The notes under the pieces are model-generated. The model was not told where the DNA came from. It worked only from the letters and a program-made list of their open reading frames with translations, and made no database searches. From contig NC_057718.1 in the NCBI RefSeq assembly GCF_004010195.1, positions 56,180,603-56,232,759 on the forward strand: a DNA stretch of 52,157 bases, given 5' to 3'. Of the stretch, positions 1 to 9,543 are shown one piece after another (within the stretch, counting starts at the first letter, position 1; the number at the start of each line of letters is the position of its first letter). This DNA comes from Chiloscyllium plagiosum (lineage: Eukaryota). A program made the position numbers and the translations under genes.

Positions 1-88
1 GATAAGACGCTTATCCTATGATAAGAGGCTGAGTACATTGTGTATTTATTCTCTGGATTTTAAAAGAATGAGATGTGATTTCATTAAA

Positions 89-288
89 TTAAAAATCACA
101 CAACACCAGGTTATACTCCAACAGGTTTAATTGGAAGCACACTAGCTTTTGGAGCGACGTTTATCACCTGATGAAGGAGCATCGCTCCGAAAGCTAGTGT
201 GCTTTCACTTAAACCTGTTGGACTATAACCTGGTGTTGTGTGATTTTTAACTTTGTAACCCCAGTCCAACACCGGCATCTCCAAATCA
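89..288 (+). mobile_element. Short non-autonomous Penelope-like terminal element with inverted arms and a target-site duplication
   Basis: Bases 89-~160 are the reverse complement of ~180-250 (TTAAAAATCACACAACACCAGGTTATA / TATAACCTGGTGTTGTGTGATTTTTAA). Flanked by a 13-bp direct repeat TGATTTCA(T/G)TAAA at 76-88 and 289-301. Related copies at ~34951-35060 and ~38512-38600. Confidence 0.8.
165..199 (+). ncRNA. Minimal type I hammerhead ribozyme motif (Penelope-associated)
   Basis: CAC-CTGATGA-A-GGAGC-ATC-GCTCC-GAAA-GCTA-GTG: core CUGAUGA (168-174), stem II GGAGC/GCTCC, GAAA (189-192), palindromic AGCT stem III, NUH triplet CUA (194-196), stem I CAC/GTG. Confidence 0.75.
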
Positions 289-689
289 TGATTTCAGTAA
301 AGTATACAATATTCAGAAGGAGCTTGACAGGTAAACATGAAGAGATGCCCCTGAGTGAATATAGAACAAGGAGACACAGGCTCAAGATAAGAGTCTAATG
401 TGAGAAACTTATTTACCCAAAGGTAATTCCCTATCCCAGAGGGTTGTGGGTTCTGCTTTGTTAAATATGCTTAAGTCTGAGTTTGGCAGATTATGGTCAG
501 TAATGGAGTTGAAGGATATAGGAGTGGGCAGGAGGGAAGAGTGGAGGCCAATGATTAATAATATTGATGAAATGACAGAACGGGCTCGAGAGACCATCTG
601 GTCTATTTCTGCTCCTACTACTTACCGTCTTCATTATTTAAAGAAGTTGGTTACAGTTTACATATTAAAGGATTAAAGTGAGATGAAGA

Positions 690-985
690 GGAGCAAGATC
701 TGAGATGAAATTCCACAGATTAGGGATTAGCTGCTTAAGGTGTAGCTATCAAAAGAGGAGCAAAGCAAATTAAATACGCAGAAGAGGCTAGAAGTGGGGA
801 AAGCAAAATGGAAATTTTTTGTATGACTGGAGCCAATATTATTCAGCGAACAATGAGTGGATTAGGAGATGGATGAAAGGGCCTTTGTTAGGATAGGGCA
901 GCAGAATTTTGGTTTAGGCCAAATTTATTGAATGAACTATAGGCAGATAACCAGGAGAACATTGAAAAAGTGGAGGCAGTTTATG
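690..985 (-). mobile_element. Highly decayed L2-type LINE fragment
   Basis: The minus strand near 940-975 reads as a degraded 'LDYSNALL'-type L2 ORF2 segment. It resembles the L2 remnant at 36.2 kb. Confidence 0.35.
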
Positions 986-989
986 CATG

Positions 990-2060
990 TCATAGAGTCA
1001 TAGAATATTGGAGTCATAGAGTCATACAGCACAGAAGCAGACCTTTCAGCTCAATTCATCAATGTCAAACAGGTTTCCTAAACTGAATTAGTCCCATTTG
1101 CCTGCATTTTGTCTCTATCCCTCTAAACCTTTCCTATCCATACACCTATCCACATGTGTTTTAAATGTTGTAATTGTACTTGCCTCGACCATTTCCTCTG
1201 GCAACTTATTCCATATACATACCATCCTCTGCGTAAAAAAGTTGCCCGTCAGGTCTCTTTTAAATCTCTCCCCTCTCACCTTAAGCCTAGGCCCTCTAGT
1301 TTTGAACTCCCTTCCCTTGGTGAGAAGACCTTGGCTATTAATTTTATCTATGTCCCTCATGATTTTATAAACCTTTATAAGGTCACCCCTCAGTTTCCTA
1401 CGCTCCAGGGGAAAAAAGTCCCAGCATTTCCAGCCTCTCCTTATAACTCAAACTCTCCAGGCTCGGTAGCATTCTTGTAAATCTTTTTTGCACTCTTTCT
1501 AGTTTAATAACATTCTTCCTATAGCAGGGCGACTAGAATTGTATGCAGCACTCCAAATGTGGCCACTGATGTCTTGTACAGCTGTAACATGATGACCCAA
1601 CTCCTCTTACTCAATTCATGCAAGCATGGGCGGCACGGTGGCACAGTGGTTAGCACTGCCTCACAGTGCCAGAGACCCGGGTTCAATTCCCGCCTCAGGC
1701 AACTGTCTGTGTGGAGTTTGTACATTCTCCCCGTGTCTGCTTGGGTTTCCTCCGGGTGCTCCAGTTTCCTCCCACAGTCCAAAGATGTGCAGGTCAGGTG
1801 AATTGGCCATGCTAAATTGCCCGTAGCGTTAGGTGAAGGGGTAAATGTAGGGGAATGGGTCTGGGTGGGTTGCTCTTCGGAGGGCCGGTGTGGACTTGTT
1901 GGGCCAAAGGACCTGTTTCCACACTGTAAGTAATCTAATCTAATCTAATGCTAAAGCTTTCTTCACCACCTTGTTTACCTGTGATGCCACTTTCCAGGAA
2001 CTATCTACCAGCACCCCTAGGTCTCTCTGTTCAACAATAGTTCCTAGGATGAGAGTTTCA
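990..2060 (-). mobile_element. CR1/HER1-like LINE 3' end, split by a SINE at 1628-1948
   Basis: The minus ORF 1115-1360 (KTRGPRLKVRGERFKRDLTGNFFTQRMVCIWNKLPEE) is the canonical CR1 ORF2 C-terminus. Terminal (CATAGAGT)n repeats at 990-1030. Confidence 0.9.
1628..1948 (+). mobile_element. HE1-like tRNA-derived V-SINE
   Basis: A-box TGGCACAGTGG, B-box GGTTCAATTCC, V-domain GGAGTTTGTACATTCTCCCCGTGTCTGCTTGGGTTTCCTCCGGGTGCTCC, CR1-like tail ending in (TAATC)n. Confidence 0.92.
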
Positions 2061-2234
2061 GCACCTGAGATAGCGACAGAGATAGGCCTATTCCAAAAGT
2101 GAAAGTACACATTGTTTATAGTGGAGAGTATATCTGCAATTGTAAACAATTTACTTTAGCCTATGACATTGGTTAGAGAAGATGATGGAATTAGCAGCTT
2201 GGGAAGGTGTTTGTGGTGGGGAACTGAAAACAAT

Positions 2235-3870
2235 GGGCTAAATCTTATGCTTATTTGTCTAAATCTGAGTTGGGATAGAGTTTTATGGAGGGTGTCTCAC
2301 CTCATGAGTTTTCTTATGGTACCTTGTAAGACTCACCTCATTAATTATCTACCTGTCCCAATGACATCTGTCAAGTCTGAATTCCACCCCATCTTACCCC
2401 ACCATTCTCAGAACAACTCCCCAGTTGGTGAATATCATGGAATTTACTGGCATCCTTTGTACCCATGCCATCTTTGAAAGCCCGTTGAGCTTCTGGACAA
2501 GTATTGTCAGTTCAGAGTTGCCCTGCAGAGTCACAGACATTTGCATGGACATCGCAGACAGAGGAAATTGGTGCCCCACTATATGGGCAGGAACCTGGAG
2601 GTCCTGCTGGAGGAATCATTCACATATGGGACTTCTTGCTTCATGACCAGCAGGGAAGACACACACAAGCCTGGTCCATGATTGCTAACCTGGTTTAAGC
2701 AATCTCAGCTATCTGGAGGAATGGCCAGTGCTATAGGAAGAAGGTCAATGCCCTTCTCCACTCTGCCAGTGTAGGTGCCACCAGCTCCTCTTGGATACCT
2801 CACTCTCGCTCTATCTCTGCTACTGTGTCCACCTCCAACCAAAGGTCATGCTCTACCACTCTCGCAATTACCTGGAATGTGTTCCCCACTCACCTTCACC
2901 TGCCCCAAACTCCTGACACTACTAACCCTGCATGCCTGCACCAACAATACCCATGCCACCCACTTTCATCTCCTGTAGTACCTGCCTCTTTCATTCAATG
3001 AGGAATACAGCCCACAATAGGGCAAGAAACATCAAGATGGGTGGAGTGCTGCCCATAATTTGGCTTCCTAGCCCCTATAAGGAGATATCCTGATACTGAC
3101 CCCCTGAGCAGGGCTGAGACTGATATCAGAGGCTGCCCCATGGAATCCCCTGAATATAGGTTACCCCCCTTGACTGATCTGAGGCCTGCTTCCTGGCTTT
3201 GTGTCTGCATTAAATGACCCTAGTATTTCTGGCTGAGGTGACAAAATTGAAAAAAAAGGACAAGGCAATGCAAGGTAGGGATGCTGTGAGTATTCTGGTA
3301 GAGTTAGAGTGAGTAAATGCTATGATAGTGAGCAAAGAGCCCAGAGATGCAGCCTGGTCCAGTTCAGAGAACGTATCCCTCAGTGCATAGTGTTCTTCCT
3401 GCAGCGTTACAACAATAGTTACCAATTCAGCCTGAAGTATAGCATTGAAATGCAGAAGGCAAGTGGTATGTCATGAGGGACTAGCAAACATTGAATGCCA
3501 ATGTCCATGATGTGGGGTGGCATGGTTGCTGCCCAGGGAGTGTGGTCTAAGATGTTGGTGTCTAGTTTCCAGAATGGAGGTCACTTGGAACAAGCAGTGA
3601 GTTGAATCTGCCAGTTTCTTGCACTAGTTTGCTTGTCAGGTTTTCTCAACATCTAGCTTATTTGTTAAGTTTAGTAACATAGGAGTTTAAATGTTAATGA
3701 GGTAGGTTATGGCATTAACAAAACTTTCAATAAGCAGTAATCTCAGTCAGTTTGCAAATTGCCTCTGGCAAGAATTTTGCAATGCCACATTGAAAAACAT
3801 AAAAGATGGAGTGAAATGATCTCAATATCGTGATGGGCATGATGCCAGACTGTGGCACAAATCTCATCTT
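2235..3870 (+). mobile_element. Decayed PIF/Harbinger-type element with Myb/SANT-like gene remnant
   Basis: 2570-2770 translates with frameshifts to NLEVLLEE..QAWSMIANLV*AISAIWRNGQCYRKKVNALLHSA, followed by a GT donor (GTAGGT). After a C-rich intron, ~3005-3085 gives TAHNRARNIKMGGVLPIIWLPSPYKE, matching the W..IA..V..R..QCRKK.NDL / AHN.RE..KTGGG pattern. Left end GGGCTAAATCTT. The right boundary is uncertain. Confidence 0.65.
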
Positions 3871-3891
3871 AGACCACAGGGGTTTTTAAAT

Positions 3892-4230
3892 GGGGAGGTG
3901 ATGTCCCAGACTATCACTCCAGACACCCTGGTAATGCTCTGGGGACCCGGTTCGAATCTCACCATGGAGGGATTTTAATTCAATAAAAATCTGGAATTAA
4001 GAGACTAATGATGACCATGAATCCACTGTTGATTTTTGGAAAAACTCATCTGGTTCACTACTGTCCTTTAGGGAAGGAAACTGCTATCCTTATCTGGTCT
4101 CAACTACATGTGACTCCAAACCCACAGCAATGTAATTGACACTGAACTGCCTCTGGGCAATTAGGGATGGCCAATAAATGTTGGCCTAGCCAGTGATGGC
4201 CTCATCCTATGAATGAATAAATTAAAAAAA
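3892..4230 (+). mobile_element. Second tRNA-headed SINE family (family B)
   Basis: GGGGAGGTG head, B-box GGTTCGAATC, shared core GTCCTTTAGGGAAGGAAA..CATGTGACTCCA..CCCACAGCAATG, tail ATGAATGAATAAA plus A run. Several other copies occur in the window. Confidence 0.85.
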
Positions 4231-4261
4231 TAAACTAACAAGTATAAGCAATTAATGTTGG

Positions 4262-4545
4262 CATAGGAACATCAGAATTAGGAGCAGAAATAGATTATTT
4301 AGCTCTTTGATCTTGCTGTACCTTTCAACCAAATCATAGCTAATCTTCTATCTTAACACCATTTCAATATCTTCCCATATCCCTCAATGTCTTCAATATC
4401 TACAAAATTTATTGCACTCTCATTTCCACAACACCCTGGGGTACAGAATTCTAAAGATTCAGCATCATCTTACTGGAGAAATTCCTCCTCATCTCTCCAA
4501 TAAATAACACACCCTTATTCTGAGACTGTATCCCCTAGATCTCAG
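4262..4545 (-). mobile_element. Old CR1 3' end fragment
   Basis: CATAGGAACATCAGAATTAGGAGCAG tail and AAATTCCTCCTCATCTC..CCCTTATTCTGAGACTGTATCCCCTAG, the reverse complement of the CR1 'TRG.SL.IRG' region. Confidence 0.65.
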
Positions 4546-5855
4546 TTTTGCTCCTTATACACAGGTGCTGATTCACATTAATAAAGCATCTGGAGATAAC
4601 TAATGAATTGCCAACATCTCCCTTTAAATCCATGTGCAAATAAATTCCTTCCAGCATTGAAGGGGTTACATGGCATTACTGTGGAGTCAGAATGACTTTG
4701 TGTTTGTGCACATTATTTTAAATGTAACATTGAAATCTTATATAAATGAATGTTCCTTTAGTCTGGCAATCCATTTTTTTGATGCTATTGATCTTTCTCT
4801 GGCTATGCATCTCAGTATTTGTCAGTCATAAATGCAGATACTCTGGTACCCTGCAATTCATTATTTGCCTCTGACTGCAATGCTGCCGAGGAAGTGAAAG
4901 CTGCAGAACTATATACCGCAGAGTCACTCAGACATTGCCAAGAAAAGATGAATAAGCAATTTTAGAAAATGTCTGTTCAACCATGTGTTCATTCTCAACA
5001 CAAAGCAAACTACAAGCTTCTTGAAATGAATTAGAAAAGTCAGATTTGTGCTGCTTCAGTTTTCAATATAAGCCAATAAATATATACAGCTTAACATTTT
5101 TCTGCAATTATGTAATGTAATATTCAAACATAAATTTGTATGTTTATCATTTAAAACATTTTGGATTATAAAGTTGAAAGCTAATGCCTGGTCTTCAAAT
5201 AAGTTGACATAAACATATTTCGCTATGATTTTTCCAGCCTGAATTCTTTACATAATCCCTCCATTATGCTGTGTTACAACCTGGCTCTGGGCAGAGTTCC
5301 CCAAATTATTCCAGTTCTAAGTGGCAAACTCCAATTTGTCAAGCTTCCAAGTAAGGAGGATGAACTGACTCCCCTTCTTTATTCATCTGCTTCTTTGGTA
5401 GGTCACAAAATTTCTTCCTAGACCAAATGAATTTATGTTTTAAAATGAGTCAATTTGACAATGGTTTTTTGAGTTAATAATGGAGTTAGATAATTAGTTA
5501 CTAAATGCAACATGACATAATAATGTAATACACATATTTCTCATTTCTAACCTATGCATTAATCCAAAAAAGATGGAAGTTAAACATATACTGATCAGTC
5601 TCTGATTCATTCATGAAGGGTAGATAATGAAGCATTGACAGCTGATCAATTGATTTCAAAATCTTTTGCTTTTCAGATTAGGTGAAATCTTTTAGTTCTG
5701 GTCCCTTTTGATTGGCTTGCTAACTGGTTTCCCAGCACTTAGAGGGAGTATTTCTTTTCTCCTGTTTCTTTTTGAAGTGGTTTGCTGACTGGCTTCCAGC
5801 ATCCAGAACAAGAGAGTCCTTTACCTGTAATGCAAAGATGGCTAGTAAATAGTTC

Positions 5856-6163
5856 GATTAGATTAGATTCCCTACAGTGTGGAAGCAGGCCCTTCTGCCC
5901 AACAAATCCAACCAACCCTCCGAAGAGCAACCCACCCAGACACATTCCCCTACATTTACCCCTAACACTATGGGCAATTTAGCTTGGCCAATTCACCTAA
6001 CCTGCACATCTTTGTACTGTGGGAGGAAATTGGAGCACCCAGAGGAAACCAACGCAGACACAGGGAGAATGTGCAAACTTCATACAGAAAGTTGCCTAAG
6101 GCGGGAATTGAACCCTGGTCTCTGGCGCTGTGAGGCAGCCGTGCTAACCACTGAGCCACCGTG
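5856..6163 (-). mobile_element. HE1-like V-SINE
   Basis: Reverse complement of the 1628-1948 element, with a (GATTA)n tail at 5856-5868. Confidence 0.92.
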
Positions 6164-6344
6164 TTCATCGACTGTGACTTTCACAGCATAGTAGTGCTTC
6201 AAGCTCACTAGTACACATGGACTAAGGTTGAAATTTTACTTTTAGTCCCTGTCCCTGTGTTTTCTTGAAAGTGAAAACAAACGCATCTCTTGCCCAGACT
6301 GTTGTTTTTTCTCCCATCAAATTCATAGTCTGAGATACTCCGAC

Positions 6345-7271
6345 AGTGACTAAATGAATAGATGTGGGTAGGGCATTTGAGATAATTTATATAGATTTCA
6401 GAAAGGCCTTCAATAAAGTCCCAAATGGAAACTGATAAAGAAAAAAAAGCTCATGGGTAACCTGGATCCAAAATTAGCTAAGGTGGCAGGAGACGGTGGT
6501 GGTCGTTTGTGTAACTGGAGGCTAGTGTCCATTGTAATTTCACAGGGATCAATGCTGAATCCCTTATTGTTTGTGATATTCATAAATGATATGGATGAGA
6601 ATGTGGGTGGGGTTAATAAATTGTGGTTGACACAAAAATTGACCAGGTGGTTGACAACAAGGAGGGAAGTCTTTAGTTACAGGAAGATATATACACCAAT
6701 TAGTGGTAGATGGAATTTAACCCTGAACTTTAGTTAGGTCTCAGCTGGAGTACTGTGTGCAGTTCTGGTCACTACACTGTAGGAAAGATGTGTTTGCATT
6801 GGAAGGAATGCAGAGGAGATTCACCAGGATGTTGCCTGGGATGGAGCATTTCAGCTATGAAAAGAGCTAGAAAAGCTCTGGATAAGGGTTGTTTTCTTCC
6901 AAGCTAGGGAAGTTGAGGGGTGATCTGATTGATGTGTATGAGAGACGTGAACATTGTCAATAGAAAGCAGCTTTTCCCTTTAGTCAAAGAGTCAAGAACA
7001 AGGTGGCACTTTCACTTTGAAAGTGAATGGCACAAGCTTTAGAGGGAATTTGAGGAAAATGTTTTGATCAGGAGGCTGGTGGGCATCTAGAATCCGCGAC
7101 CTGGTAGGATAGTTGAGGCGGGTAACCTAATAACCTTTAAAAAGTAGTTGGATGAAAATTTCAAGTCTCAAAACATTCAAGGCATGGGATAATGGAACAA
7201 GTGTAGGTAATAGTGTATTTTTGGGGTACAGACTTGATGGGCCAAAGAGCCTCTTCTCTTCTGTATGATTC
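6345..7271 (+). mobile_element. Decayed CR1 LINE ORF2 RT region and 3' end
   Basis: YIDFRKAFNKVP (~6388-6423), QGSMLNPLLFVIFINDMDE (ORF 6453-6737), LEYCVQFWS, and a 3' tail GGGCCAAAGAGCCTCTTCTCTTCTGTATGATTC. Confidence 0.85.
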
Positions 7272-7318
7272 ACAGGAGATTATAGGCTGTTTGAAACTTT
7301 CTTGACACAGATGTGATA

Positions 7319-8371
7319 AAGATTTGTGTAAAGATTTGTAGCTTGAGTGCCGGTTGTTGTGGTTATGGGCATGTTCGTTGAGCTGGGAAGTTGGCTTGCC
7401 GACATTTCATCCCCTGTCTCGGTGACACCTTTAGTGCTTTGGAGTCTCCTGTGAAATGCTGCTGTACTGCGTCTTCTGAAATTTATTTGGTTCCGTTTCT
7501 GCTTCTTTCAGTTGCGATTCCAATTGTTCGTTGTAGTGGTTGGTATATTGGGTCTAGGTGAATGTGCTTGTTGATGGAGTCCGTGGTTGAGTGCCATGCT
7601 TTGAGAAATTCTCTCGCTGTCCTATATTTTGCTTGTCCTATGATCATTGTGTGTCCCAGTTGAATTTGTAGTCCTTGACATCTGTGTATATAGCTACTAG
7701 GGACAGCTTGTTATGGCGTTTAGTGGCTAGTTGGTGTTCGTGGATGCAGATTGCAAGTTGTCTGCCTGTTTGCTCTATGTTTCATGGTTGGAACAGTCTG
7801 GTTGTCAGGTCCGAATCGTTTTTGTATGTAACCAACCACAAGGATTCATGACAGCCAATAAACCAACTGCCATGCTCAGACAGCAACTCACCAGGAAAAA
7901 AGACCCTGTATCCATCATGTACAAGATAAACGTAATTTACAGGATTCCATGCAAAGACTGCACTAAACACTATATAGAGCAAACAGGGAGACAACTAGCA
8001 ATCCGCATCCACAAACACCAACTAGCCACTAACGCCACGACCAGCTGTCCCTAATAACTATACACACAGATGACAAGGACCACAAATTCGATTGGGATAA
8101 CAATCATAGGACAAGCTAAACAGGGGACAGCCAGTGAATTTCTTGAAGCATGACATTCAGCCACAGTCCCCATCAACAAGCACATTGACCTAGACCCAAT
8201 ATGAACAATAACTACAATGAACAACTGGAAGCAGCAGAAACGGAACCAATTAAATTCCAGAAGTACAGCAGCGCTTACAGGAGGCTTCAAAGCATTGAAG
8301 ATGTCACCTAGATAAGGGACAAAATGTCTGCAAATCATCTTCCCAGTTCGGCGAACATACCTACAACCACA
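7319..8371 (+). mobile_element. Penelope-like retroelement fragment (GIY-YIG endonuclease 3' part) with an inverted duplicate
   Basis: ORF 7731-8054 ends NVIYRIPCKDCTKHYIEQTGRQLAIRIHKHQLA (GIY-YIG). ~7350-7780 is the reverse complement of ~7972-8371. Flanked by ACAGAT(G/A)TGATA at 7307-7318 and 8372-8383. Decayed hammerhead cores at ~8292-8331 (+) and ~7398-7437 (-). Confidence 0.88.
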
Positions 8372-8483
8372 ACAGATATGATACTCCCGTATGCCTTTCC
8401 AACTTGTGCCATCTTCTCCTCTGTCTTATAGTATATCGGTCTACAATATGTCAGCAATTCATTTGAATCCTAAACTTAAAGGT

Positions 8484-9543
8484 GGGGTTGGATTTTCATT
8501 TCTGGCAGCCAATAGCTTGAGCTGAGAAATTTTCCTTGGTACAAAGGGCCTCTTTTACATCAAATTTACATCTGGGGAGGCGGAGGCAGGACTAGCCAAC
8601 CCAGAAAAAAGTGTGGCAAAGCAGATTGGTAGGACACTTTAGTTCTCTGGATTTTGTCCTAGTTGCTTTAGAAGCAGTTAGGCCTTAATGTTATTGCAAT
8701 GGTACCTCATGCCCGTCACCCAATCACAAATTCTATCATTGCCGTATGCTCCCTCCATGCTATCTCATAGCCCCATGCCCCTTCCATGCCACCTCATACA
8801 ATCATGCTACCTCCAGGCTAACTCAAATTCCCTTCGTGCCCTTTCCATACTCCATGTTTAGCTATTCACCCATTATCCACTTTGGGCAGACCTCTAGTAT
8901 CAGGATGAACAACATTACTCATAACAACTTAATAAAGTTCTATCAACCTGCTATAAAAAGAAACTTCAGTTACGTTCAGTATTTAAATCAAAGATAGCTA
9001 ATCCTTTAATAGTATTTTTGAACTGCCAATCAAAAACTGAACACAGAATTCTATGCTGTATATGTTTTTGGTCTTTGAAACGCAAACAACTATTCATAAT
9101 GACCTCAGTTGAAATAATAGTCCTTGTGAAATGTCAATTAAGAACTCCATTGAAACTGCAGGAACAAATTGTAATGGCTGCTGGTCAATTAAAACAGTGC
9201 AAAAAATTGAGTTTTCTTAACTTTAACTGACAGCTTTAGCCTGATTCTTTCATATTTAAAGAGTGGGAATTTTTTATTTAAAACCTTCACATCGTAACAT
9301 TTAAATAAGTCTTATCAATCATTTGGTTCTACACTATAAATTCATAACCCTGATCCTTAAGATTGTGGTCTATTTGAACTCAGCACTAATTTCGAATGGC
9401 CCTATAAGTTGAAGCATCTAGTCTATGTAATTCATATCCCTCCCCGCCCCTGTCAAAACATAGGGATGTGACTTCTGGATCTATCTCCTGTCTTCCATTT
9501 CAAAGGTTTCTGAATTTGGCCCAACCCCACAAAAATCTAGTCC
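8484..9543. mobile_element. Possible non-autonomous DNA transposon (Harbinger-like ends)
   Basis: Imperfect terminal inverted match GGGTTGGATTTT (8485-8496) versus AAAATCTAGTCC (9532-9543). No coding remnant seen. Confidence 0.3.

Larger units (their letters stand above)
1..625 (+). mobile_element. Old CR1-type LINE 3' fragment, interrupted at 89-288 by a Penelope-derived insert
   Basis: Degenerate CR1 ORF2 C-terminal and 3'UTR text (GAATGAGATGTGATTTCATT..GTATACAATATT..AGAACAAGGAGACACAGGCTCAAGATAAG, tail ..TATTTCTGCTCCTACTACTTAC). It resembles the better-preserved CR1 copies in this window. Confidence 0.7.

Noticed and set aside
1628..1700. tRNA-like sequences with A and B boxes
   Set aside because: They are SINE heads that continue into the V-domain, and no complete cloverleaf tRNA gene is evident.
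1519..1826. Recurrent ORFs such as MDCGRKLEHPEETQADTGR and VAQWLALPHSARDPGSIP (also at 5877, 14396, 22031, 34453)
   Set aside because: These are translations of the non-coding HE1-like SINE, not a protein family.
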